Positions 1 to 9,714 of a stretch of DNA of 20,162 nucleotides are shown here, piece after piece. The stretch's first letter is position 1, and each line of letters opens with the position of its first letter. Under the pieces are notes generated by a model. The model saw only the letters and a program-made list of their open reading frames with translations. It made no database searches and was not told the origin of the DNA. Position numbers and translations under genes: made by a program. Source of the stretch: Malacoraja senta (taxonomy: Eukaryota); contig JAXLNO010000214.1 in the NCBI GenBank assembly GCA_038087875.1, positions 62,001-82,162 of the forward strand. Reading direction: 5' to 3'.

Positions 1-906
1 CCCACTACCGATGTTAGACTAACTGGACTGTAATTTCGCATTTACTCTCTCCCTCCCTTTTTAAAAAGTGGGGTTACATTAGCTACACTCCAATCCTCAT
101 GAACTACTCCAGAATCTAAAGAGTTTTGAAAAATTATCACATGCATCCACTATTCCTGGGGCTACTTCCTTAAGTACTCTGGGATGCATCCTATCTGGCC
201 CGGTGGATTTATCGGCCTTTAATCCATTCAATTTACCTAACACCCAATTTACCCAATCCCAGCTAACCTGGATTTCACTCAGTTCATCCATCTCATTTGA
301 CCCCCCGTCCCTGCTATTTCCGGCAGATTATTTCTGTCTTCCTCAGTGAAGACAGAACCAAAGTAGTTATTCAAGTGGTCTGCCATGTCCTTGTTCCCCA
401 TGATCAATTCGCCAGTTTCTGACTGCAAGTGACCTACATTTGTTTTAACTAATCTTTTTCTCTTCACATATCTATACAAAACTGTGCAGTTAGTTTTTAT
501 GTTCCCTGCCAGTTTTCTTTCATAATCTATTTTCCCTTTCCTAATTAAGACCTTTGTCCTCCTCTGCTGGACTCTGAATTTCTCCCAGTCATCTGGTAGG
601 CTGCTTTATCTGGCTAATTTGTATGCTTCATCTTTTGTTTTGATACTATCCCTGATTTCCGTTGTTATACACGGATGCACTACCTTCCCTGATTTATTAT
701 TTTGCCAAAGTGAGATGAACAATTGTTGTAGTTCATCCATGCAGTCTTTAAACGCCTTCCATTGCATATCCACCGCCAATCCTTTAAGAATCACTTGGCA
801 GTCTATCTTGGCCAATTCATGTCTCATACCCTCAAAGTTACCTTTCTTTAAGTTCAGAACCCTTGTTTCTGAATTAACAATGTCACTCTCCATCCTAATG
901 AATAAA

Positions 907-1515
907 TCAACCCAAGGGGCCACGCACAGCAAGACTGCTAACTAACACTTCCTCATTACTCAATACCCAGTCTAGAATAGCCTGCTCTCTCGTTGGTTCC
1001 TCTACATGTTGGTTTAGAAAACTATCCCGCATACATTCCAAGAAATCCTCTTCCTCAGCACCCCTACCAATTTTATTCACCCAATCTATATGTAGTTTGA
1101 AGTCACCCATTATAACTGTTTTACCTTTGTTGCACGCATTTCTAATTTCCTGTTTGATGCCACCCCCAACTCCACTCCTACTGTTAGGTGGCCTGTACAC
1201 AACACCCACTAGCGTTTTCTGCCCCTTAGTGTTTCGCAGCTCTACCCATATCGATTACACATCCTCCAAGCTAATGTCCTTCCTCTCTATTGCGTTAATC
1301 TCCTCTCTACCCAGCAACGCGACCCCACCTCCTTTTCCTTTCTGTCTATCCCTCCTGAATATTGAATATCCCTGGATGTTCAGCTCCCAGCCTTGTTCAT
1401 CCTGGAGCCATGTCTCCGTGATCCCAACTATATCATATTCATTAATAACTTTCTGCACATTCAACTCATCCATCTTATTACGAATGCTCCTTGCATTGAG
1501 ACACAAAGCCTTCAG
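907..1515 (-). pseudogene. CR1 ORF2 APE-type endonuclease domain, disrupted
   Basis: NARS, GITETW, GGGVAL, YRPP, GDF and LD motifs are split over ORFs 1255..1506 and 907..1209. The C-terminal SDH motif expected after RGPLG is absent. Confidence 0.9.
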
Positions 1516-1693
1516 TTTGGTTTTTACAACACTCTTACCCCTTATACAATTATGTTGAAAAATGGCCCTTTTTTATTTTTGCCCTGGATTTTTCTGCCTG
1601 CCACTTTTACTTTTCACCTTGCTAGCTATTGTTTCTATCCTCATTTTTACACCTCTCCTGTCTCTCTGCTTATGCTCCCATCCCCCTGCCACA

Positions 1694-2215
1694 TTATTTT
1701 AAATCCTCCCCGACAGCAATAGCAAACACTCCTCCAAGGACATTTGTTCCATTCCAGATCAGGTGCAGACCGTCCTGTTTGTACTGGTCCCACCTCCTCC
1801 AGAACTGGCTCCAATGTCCTAGAAATTTGAATCCCTCCCCCTTGCACCATTTTTCAAGCCACGTATTCATCTGCAATATCCTCCTATTTCTACTCTTACT
1901 AGCACGTGGCACTGGTAGTAATACAGAGATTATTATCTTTGAGGTCCTACTTTTCAGTTTATCTCCTAGCTCCCTAAATTCGCCTTGTTGGACCTCATCC
2001 CGTTTTTTACCTATATCATTGGTGCCAATGTGCACCACGTTAACTGGCTGTTCACCCTCCCCTCCAGAACGTTCTGCAGCCGTTCGGGACATCCCTGACC
2101 CTTCCACCATGGAGGCAACATACCATCCTGGAGTCTCGTTTGCAGCCGCAGAAATGCCCATCTATTCCCCTTACAATTGAATCCCCTATTACTATAGCCC
2201 TTCCACTATTTTTCC
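1694..2215 (-). pseudogene. CR1 ORF1 SGNH/GDSL esterase domain, frameshifted
   Basis: Block I GDS lies in frame 2052..2399; block III GTND and block V DGLH lie in frame 1694..2161; the frame change is near 2080. Esterase ORF1 domains are established for CR1/L2 LINEs. Confidence 0.88.
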
Positions 2216-2360
2216 TCCCCTCCTGTGCCACAGAGCCACCCATGGTGCCATGAACTTGGCTGCTGCTGCCTTCCCCTGATGAACCATCTCTCCCAACAGT
2301 ATCCACAATGGTATATCTGTTTAGGAGGGAGATGACCGCAGGGGACTCCTGCACTACCTG

Positions 2361-2522
2361 CCTGTCCTGCTGAGTTACTCCGGCACTCTGAAATGTCACC
2401 TATCCATGTACTCCAGAGATGCTGCCTGACCCGCTGAGATACTCCAGCACTCTGTGAATGTCACCTATCCATGTTCTCCACAGATGCTGCCTGACCCGCT
2501 GAGTTACTCCAGCACTTTGTGT
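2361..2522 (+). repeat. About 2.5 tandem copies (period 64-65 bp) of a Penelope-like terminal-repeat segment
   Basis: Unit cctgacccgctgagttactccagcact...tgtcacctatccatg..ctcca.agatgctg starts at 2361, 2425 and 2490. The same motif lies downstream of the GIY-YIG fragment at 11630-11670 (-). Confidence 0.8.
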
Positions 2523-2838
2523 TAGTCATCGAGTGATACAGTGTGGAAACATGCCCTTCGGCCCAACTTGCCCACACCGACCAACATGTGTCAGCTACAC
2601 TAGTCCCAATTGCCTGTGTTTGGTCCATATCCCTCCAAACTTGTCTAACTGTCTAACTGTTTCTTGGGATAGTTGCAGCCTCAACTACCTCCTATGAAAG
2701 TTTGTTACATACTGCCACCACCCTCTGTGTGAAAAAGTTACCCCTCACTTTCCTTTTAAATCCTTTCCCCTTCACCTTGAACCCATGTCCTCTGGTCCCT
2801 CGATTCCCCAACTCTGGGCAAGAGATTCTGTGCATCTA
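2523..2838 (-). mobile_element. 3' end of a second CR1-clade family (HER1-like LINE), 5'-truncated
   Basis: The reverse strand reads ...TRGHGFKVKGKGFKRKVRGNFFTQRVV, the CR1 ORF2 C-terminus. The 3' UTR ends gggccgaagggcatgtttccacactgtat, resembling the SINE tail at 14265-14290. Confidence 0.85.
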
Positions 2839-2854
2839 ACTAAATTGTGTTCTA

Positions 2855-3345
2855 TGCAAGATTCCAGCATCTGCAGTATATTGTGCCTCCCTCGCCTATA
2901 TCCACCTATCACTTCTGAAGAAGTATCTCAACTTGAAACGTCACCCATTCCTTCTCTCTGGAGATGCTGCCTGTCCCGCTGAGTTACTCCAGCATTTTGT
3001 GTCCACCTATCACTTGCCAGGCTTTATCCAGCCCCCATCTCTATTTTCCAGCTTCCTCCCCCCACCCTCTCAACTCAGTCTGAAGAAGGGTCGTGACTCA
3101 AAACGTCGCCTGTCCATTCCCTCTAAAGCGGTGGAGGAACTCAGTAGGTCAGGCCGCATCTGTAAAGGGGAGGGAATCTAATGCGACCACGCCCACCTCT
3201 CCTTTCCAACTTTCTCCACCCCCAAACCAAGCAGTCTGAAGAAGGGTCCTCACCTAGAATGTTGCCTGTCCATGCTCTCCAGACGTGCAAGATACCCCAG
3301 GAGATTGTGTCTAACCTTGTAAACCGGCATCTACTGTTCCTTCTT
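2855..3345 (+). mobile_element. Mosaic of Penelope-like element terminal repeats with three degenerate hammerhead cores and one inverted segment
   Basis: ctgaaga...aaacgtc-type motifs at 2915, 3080 and 3236; gatgctgcctgtcccgctgagttactccagc at ~2963-2993; an inverted copy of that segment at ~3125-3163; cagcatctgcag-like ends at ~2865 and ~3326. Confidence 0.78.
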
Positions 3346-5128
3346 TACGTATGTGAAGAGGAAAACATTAGTTAAGATCAAAGTTGGACTCTTGAAGACT
3401 GAAAAAGATGAATTATTATGGGGAACAAGGAAATGGCAGATGAGTTGAGCAGGTACTTTGGATCCGTCTTCACTAAGGAGGACACAAACAATCTTTCTGA
3501 TGTACTAGTGGCCAGAGGATCTGGGGTGATGGAGGAACTGAAGGAAATCCACATTAGGCAGGAAATGGTGTTGGGTAGACTGATGGGACTGAAGGCTGAT
3601 AAATCCCAGGGCTTGGTGGTCTGCGTCCCAGGGTACTTAAGGAAGTGGCTCTAGAAATCGTGGACGCATTGGTGATCATTTTCCAATGTTCCATAGATTC
3701 AGGATCAGTTGCTGTGGATTGGAGGGTAGCTAATATTATCGCACTTTTTAAGAAAGGCGGGAGAGAGAAAACAGGGAATGATAGACCAGTTAGCGTGACA
3801 TCGGTGGTGGGGAAGATGCTGGAGTCAATTATAAAAGATGAAATAGCCGCATATTTGGATAGCAGTAACAGGATCGGTCCGAGTCGGCATGGATTTACGA
3901 AGGGGATATCATACTTGAGTAATCTTCTTGAATTTTTTGAGGATGTAACTAGGAAAATGGACAAGCGAGAGTTATTGGATGTAGTGTACCAGGACTCAGA
4001 ACGCATTTGATAAGGTCCCACATAGGAGATTAGTGGGCAAAATTAGGGCATGGTGTATTGGGGGTAGAGTGCTGACATGGATAGAGAAGTGGTTGGCTGA
4101 CAGGAAACAAAGTAGGGATTAACGGGTCCCTTTCAGAATGGCAGTCATTGGCTAGTGGGGTGCCGCAAGGGTCGGTGCTGGGACCGCAGCTATTTACCAT
4201 ATACATCAATGAAGAGATTTAAAAGTAACATTAGCAAATTTGCAGATGACACAAAGCTGGGTGGCAGTGTGAATTGTGAGGAGGATGCTGTGAGAATGCA
4301 GGGTGAATTGGACTGGTTGGGTGCGTGGGCAGATGCATGGCAGATGCAGTTTAATGTGGATAAATGTGAGGTTATCCACTTTGGTAGCAGAAACAGGAAG
4401 GCAGATTATTATCTAAATGGTGGGAAAAGCGGAAGTACAACGGGATCTGGGGGGTCCTTGTTCATCAGTGAATGAAGGTAAGAAGGCAGGTACAGCAGGC
4501 AGTGAAGAAAGCGAATGGCATGTTGGTCTTCATAACAAGAGCAGTTGAGTATCGGAGCAAAGAGGTCCTTCTGCAGTTGTACAGTGACCTGGTGAGACCA
4601 GACCTGGAGTAATGTGTTCAGTTTTGGTCTCCAAACGTTCACCAGGTTAATTCCCAGGATGACGGGATTGCCATATGCTGAGAGAATGGAGCGGCTGGGC
4701 TTGTACACTCTGGAGTTTAGAAGGATGAGAGGTTATCTTTTTGAAACCTGTAGGATTATTAGGGTTTTGGACACGCTAGAGCCAGGAAACATGTTCCCGA
4801 TGTTGGGGGAGTCCAGAACCAGGGGTCACACACAGTTTAAGAATAAGGGGTAAGCCATTTAGAACAGAAATGAGGAAACACTTTTTCACACAGTGAGTTG
4901 TGAGTCTATGGAATTCTCTGCCTCACAGGGTGGTGGAGGCCGGTTCTCTGGACACTTTCAAGCGAGAGCTTGATAGGGGTCTTAATGATAGCAGAGTCAA
5001 GGGATATGGGGAGAAGGCCGGAATGGGGTACTGATTGTGGATGATCAGCCACGGTCACATTGAATGGTGGTGGTGGTTCGAAGGGCCGAATGGCCTACTC
5101 CTGAACTTATTGTCTCTTGTCTAATGTT
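3340..5128 (+). mobile_element. Degenerate CR1-clade LINE, copy B: 5'-truncated, RT domain through 3' tail
   Basis: YFGSVFTKED, WRVANIIALFKKG, RPVSVTSVVGK, HGFTKG, NLLEFFE, SKFADDTKLGG, WQMQFNVDKC, LGLYTLEFRRMRG, RTRGH. 3' UTR has a ggcc-gaat-ggcc stem-loop (5084-5095) and a short tail. Many frameshifts and an internal deletion near 4635. Confidence 0.95.
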
Positions 5129-5139
5129 TAATGTATCAG

Positions 5140-5525
5140 GACTAGGCGTGCATTTCACCCCACACTTGCACTCGGTCCTCCAAGGCCAGCTGGATCTCCC
5201 GGTTGCCAATCATTTTAACTCCCCTTCCCACTCCCACACTGATGTTTCTGTCCTGGGCCCCCTCCATTGCCAGAGTGAGGTGACACGCAAACTGGAGGAA
5301 CAGCACCTCATAGCTTACAGCCCAATGACATGAACATTGATGTCCCCAAATTAAGGATACCCCCCCTCCTAATCAAGTCCTGGAGTCTGTCCCAACCACA
5401 TCTCTTTTTTCTAGCTTTCTCCCCCGACCCCAGCAGTCCAAAGAAGGGTCCAGATCCGACATGTTGCCTGTCCATTCCCCTCCAAAGTGCCGGTAGAACT
5501 CAGCAGGTCAGCCATCCGTGGTGAG
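5140..5525 (+). mobile_element. Penelope-like retroelement 3' fragment: GIY-YIG endonuclease C-terminal part plus terminal repeat
   Basis: HLHSV..GQLDLPVANHFNSPSHSHTDVSVLGPLHCQSEVTRKLEEQHLI...MNID, homologous to the fragment at 11820-12026 (-). Followed by a decayed hammerhead core (5438-5465) and an inverted repeat segment. Confidence 0.8.
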
Positions 5526-5649
5526 AAACGAATGGGGAAGTGATCCTATTACAAACTCTCCTTGGCCCTGTCAAGAATGCGGTGTCCATTCTTGGGATGG
5601 GATGCAAGGTCCGAGCTGACCAGTCATCGACAGCCCACATTCCCTTCCC

Positions 5650-6160
5650 TCGTGGGCCATCTCTTTGTCATTCCTCTGTCTTCTTCTCGCTGGATGACAA
5701 GCAGAACCATCTTGGCTTAACAGTAGATCTATCTTCTTCTTATTGGCCTTTCGTTTCTGCAGGTATTCACAGCGGAATCAAAACTACTTCCCTTAGGTCC
5801 TGATCTTCCTTTTGTTTTAGTAAAGGTGGAACCGTTGACATTTGCGATTGGTTTAGGATCTTGAAAACTCCCATAGCGTAAATTTGACATGAACCGTACT
5901 TCATTTTCTATGAAGTTCCCCAGATCAGGAAGCATGGCCTCTCGATTCTCATTTTCCTCGAACAGACCAGCTTTATGTTTCCTCTAAGTCTATTGGGCAG
6001 TTTTAGAGTGATAATTTTCGTATTGGTAACAACATTCATTTCTTGCATGTGGTCTAAGAGGGTAGTCATTTCTTTCATACTTCTAAGAAATATCGCAAAC
6101 TTTCGCAATGCTTTCGCATCTTCTGGCTGGATAGCTGTCGAAGCCTAGGCCTTCTTCATG
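5650..6160 (-). mobile_element. Decayed gag-like fragment of a BEL/Pao LTR retrotransposon
   Basis: The reverse strand gives KA*ASTAIQPEDAKALRKFAIFLRS...MQEMNVVTNTKIITLKLPNRLR.../DLGNFIENEVRFMSNLRYGSFQD...KGSSF. This matches the pattern I recognise for fish BEL/Pao gag (W..I..ED..AL..., KLP..LR..W, DL..FIE...DP..G.IQD). Not database-confirmed; no LTR seen. Confidence 0.65.
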
Positions 6161-6207
6161 AGGATGTCTTTGGATCATGGAAGTTTAAAGGGACTTTTAT
6201 GTAGTGT

Positions 6208-6460
6208 GTCGGCAGCGAGCGGCGACTGCGGAGCATTCAACAGCCCCGAACACGGGTGAACAAAAGGGGAAGATGATTGAACTTTGTTACCTTCCATCAC
6301 AGTGAGGAATGTGGATTCCGCTGTGGTGGATGTTTATATTAGATTTTATTTTATGTGGCTGTGTGTCTTGTTGCTTTTTACTTAGTATGGCTGTATGGTA
6401 ACTCAAATATCACTGTACCTTAATTGGTGCATGTGACAATAAATTCCAACTTAACCTTGA
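6208..6460 (+). mobile_element. 3' tail of a non-LTR retroelement or non-autonomous derivative (Rex1/Babar- or L2-like tail)
   Basis: T/G-rich stretch, then stem-loop tcac-tgtacc-ttaatt-ggtgca-t-gtga (6410-6436), AATAAA (6438-6443) and a short aactt/aacctt tail. Family assignment is from recognition only. Confidence 0.5.
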
Positions 6461-6470
6461 TAAGCTTTCG

Positions 6471-7540
6471 TCTATATTTCTATAATTATAAAACTCTCAT
6501 CTTGGATGTGTATTTATTTGTGTGTGATGTTTGTGTGTACTCACATCTTCTGGATAAAACGACGCGCTAACGGTAACATTTTTACATATTCCGTTAGAGA
6601 GTTTCCTCCTGGAGTCCAAAACAGCTTTACGTGAAAAATTCATGCTTTATTTCTCGAGTTATTTATGAAAATGTTCACAAATCCGATAAAACTGAATAAA
6701 CAGATGGTATCGCTGATGACAGAATGGGTCTTCCGCGCACGACCTGCGCTGTGTTCCAACCACTGCGAGTGATGTCAAACCCGCCCCCCCGCCCAACTTG
6801 CAGTCGTTTAGTTGACACCCGCTCCCCCCACTCTTCCGCACTGTCCCTCTGCCCGCTGTTCCCCGCTCCCCTCCTCCTCGCCCACCTTCCTCTCCCCTCT
6901 CCCCTCCCCTTCCTCCACTTCCTCTCTCCCACTCCTCCACGCACTCCCTTCCTCTCCCCCTCCTCTTTACAATCTTCTCCCGCCCCCATCTCCTCTCCAC
7001 CTTCCTCCTCTCCCAAGCCGCTCCTCTCCCAAGCCCCTCCTCTCCCGCCTCCTCTTTCCCCTTACTCTCACCCCTCCTCTCTCTCCCCTCTACCCTCCTC
7101 CTCACTACCGCCTCCTTTCTCCCCCTCCCCGCTACCTCCCCTCTCCCCTCCTCTCTTCCCCTCCTCGCCCCCCCTGCTCGCTACCTCCCCTCTCCCCACC
7201 TCTCTTCCCCTCCTCGCTCCCCCTCCTCTCTCCCCCTCTCTCCCCCCTCTACACACTCTCTACCTCCGTTCTACCCCCTCTCTACCCCCCTCTCTACCCC
7301 CCTCTCTTCCCCCTTCTCTCTACACCCTCCTCTCTCTCCCCTCTTCTCTACATCCTCCTCTCTAGCACCCTCCCCGCTACCTCTCCTCTCACCCCTCCTC
7401 TCTCCTCCCTCTCTCCTCCCTCTTCTCTCCTCCCTCTTCCCCCCATCTCTCACCTTGTCTCTCACCCCCCTGTCTGCGTGTGTGTGATGCCACAACCGCG
7501 TGTTGAGGGGATGGGACACAACGTGTCCTACTTGGTCTAG
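6471..7540 (+). mobile_element. Non-autonomous Helitron
   Basis: 5' end TCTATAT..TCTATAATTATAAAA (6471, alternative TC at 6479). 3' hairpin tgggacac-aac-gtgtccta (7512-7530), 6 nt, CTAG (7537-7540), then T. No TIRs or TSD. This is the canonical Helitron TC...hairpin-CTRR|T layout. Confidence 0.78.
6820..7470. repeat. C/T-rich low-complexity tract inside the Helitron
   Basis: About 650 bp of (ctccc/ctct)n-like sequence; accounts for the Pro/Ser/Leu and Gly/Glu/Arg ORFs. Confidence 0.95.
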
Positions 7541-8036
7541 TATATAATTAAAATAGGATAATGCTGACTGATCGTGCACAATTGTGACGGCTTGATTTCA
7601 AAGACAGGACAGGGACATTCCCTGAGGGATTCGGGGGGATGGAAGAGGTTTTGTCTGTGTTTTTCCCCTCAGTTGTTGTCAGGTGAGGAAGGCGGCGGCA
7701 CACGGCCCGTCGGGGCTAGGACACGCGAGAGGAAGGCTGAGGTTGGATTGAGGCTTGGAAGGCTGAGCTCGTCTCCCCTGCCCCGACCCGCATCCGGTCG
7801 ACCACGGAGGGGGAAGCGAGCAAACTCCACACGGTGGTTGCTCTGCCGGGAGACGGGCCCTTCGGCCCCTCTCGTCCGTGCTACCTCGGGCTTTCTGCAA
7901 CACAATCGTGCACTGTTCTGCACTGAATATTGCATTTATAGCGTTTGTCATCACTGTATGTACACTGTTTTCTCTGGCGGCTGCGTGAGAACGGGCGATT
8001 TCATCGTCTCCCGGTCGATGTGCAGAACAACAAACT

Positions 8037-8300
8037 TACTCCAGCAAGCTGGCTACCTCGTTCCCCCTTACTCCCGCAAGCTGGCTACCTCCATTCCCCT
8101 TAATCCCCCAAGCTGCCTACCTCCCATTCCTTACTCACCCAAGCTAGCGACCTCCCATCTCTCATTTCCCCCAGACTGGCCACCTCCATACCTTATTCCC
8201 CAAGCTGGCTACATCCCATCCGGTACCCCCCTAGGTGAGTACCCCCCATTCGTTAATCCTCCAAGCTGGCTTCCTCCCATTCCCCTTACTCCTCCATCCC
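8037..8300. repeat. Minisatellite, ~31-bp unit caagctggctacctcccattcccttactccc, about 8 copies, resuming at 9492-9522
   Basis: caagct-like anchors at 8045, 8077, 8109, 8140, 8172, 8201, ~8231 and 8262, and again at 9510. Confidence 0.9.
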
Positions 8301-8468
8301 TCGCCTGTCCCACTTAGGAAACCTGAACGGAAACCACTGGTGACCTAGCGCCCCATCCAAGGTTTCCATGAGTCGACAGAGGTTTTGGTCACTCACCTGG
8401 AAAGCCTCAACCCAATCGTGAGCTGCATCAACTGACCATAAACCTACAGGATATTTGCTACCGACCGC

Positions 8469-8619
<151 letters not shown>

Positions 8620-8727
8620 AACACATCGCGAAGGTGGGGGCCAGGGACAGTGGAGGAGCGCTGTCTGCGCGATGAAGAGGAAGGTAAACGGCTGCCACAG
8701 AGCACCGTAAGTCCTTTAGACAGCGCG

Positions 8728-9098
8728 GGAGGGACGGGGAGGGAAGGGGAAAGAAGGGAGAGAAGGACAAAGAAGGGGAGAGAGAAGGGTAAGAGAATGG
8801 GGGAGAATGGGGAGAGAGAAGGGGAGAGAAGGGGGGAGAAGGTGAGGGAAGGGAGGAGAAGGGGAGAGAAGGGGAGAGAGAAGGGGAGAGAATGGAAGAG
8901 AGAAGGGGAGAGGAGGGGGAAGAAGGGGAGAGAAGGGGAGAAAGAAGGGGAGAGAAGGGGGGGAGAAGGTGAGAGAAGGGAGGAGAAGGGGATAGAAGGG
9001 GAGAGAGAAGGGGAGAGAAGGGGAGAGAAGTGGAGAGAGGAGAGAATGGGTAGAGAAGGGGGAGAAGGGGAGAGGAGGGCGGAGGAAGGAGTGGGGAC
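8728..9098. repeat. Polypurine tract, (gagaagggga)n-like, inside the MITE
   Basis: About 370 bp almost entirely A/G with a recurring agaaggggag unit. Confidence 0.95.
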
Positions 9099-9714
9099 AG
9101 TTTTAAGAAGTTTAACAACGGTAGCGAGCATTTTACATACAGGCGGATCTTCTGGGTCCTGAAAACCAAAGATCCTATAGGATCTTTGCTGAAAACTCCA
9201 ATGAGCCAATCAAAATGGCCGGTCAGCGAAGGAGATTGCCTTTGACTGCCTGTAAGAAAATAGCGACCCCACTCGACTGGCTTCGACTAAACGGCAAACC
9301 TACTGTTAGTCGAGGCCGGTTTTGAATTTGTTGAAATAATCGCAGGAACATAGAAGAAACCTCGACTACGCGGAAACCACTTTCGACCATTAGGGAGAGT
9401 GACCAAAACCTCCGGGAACCCCACGGAAACGTTGCGTGGGGCGCAAGGTCACCAGAGGTTTCCGTTCAGGTTGCCTAAGTGGGACAGGGGCTCCCATCCC
9501 TAACTTCCCCAAGCTGGCTCCCACCGCACTGTCACGGGCTGAGCGTCGGGAGCGCACACACACACGGGGCCGGGTGGAGCGGGGCCGCGACTCCTGGCAG
9601 CGGACACACGGGGCCAAAAACCCGGCAACATCCCCGTCAGCTGCAGCAGAGTTGGGGGCAATCTGGTCCCTCCACTCACCCAGAGTCACTGACCACGCTG
9701 CACCGGCACCACGA

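Larger units (their letters stand above)
1..2362 (-). mobile_element. Degenerate CR1-clade LINE, copy A: 5'-truncated ORF1 esterase, APE endonuclease and tether; continues past the left edge
   Basis: Minus-strand fragments in CR1 order: GRAIVIGDSIVRG/VVHIGTNDIG/QDGLHL; CLNARSIRNK, DIVGITETWL, GGGVALL, GVVYRPP, IMGDF, LDWVLSN; YFGSVFTEED, KSTGPDRMHPRVLKE, ANVTPLFKKG. Multiple frameshifts and stops. Confidence 0.93.

Noticed and set aside
1..5128. CR1 copies A and B as one twin-primed or inverted insertion
   Set aside because: They overlap in the same ORF2 region and differ at many positions, so they are independent insertions.
6659..7579. Several 100-240 aa Pro/Ser/Leu- or Gly/Glu/Arg-rich ORFs
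   Set aside because: Artefacts of a C/T low-complexity tract that cannot contain stop codons.
7574..8317. 247-aa ORF on +
   Set aside because: GTG start, no recognisable domain, and it runs through GC-rich sequence and a minisatellite into a TIR.
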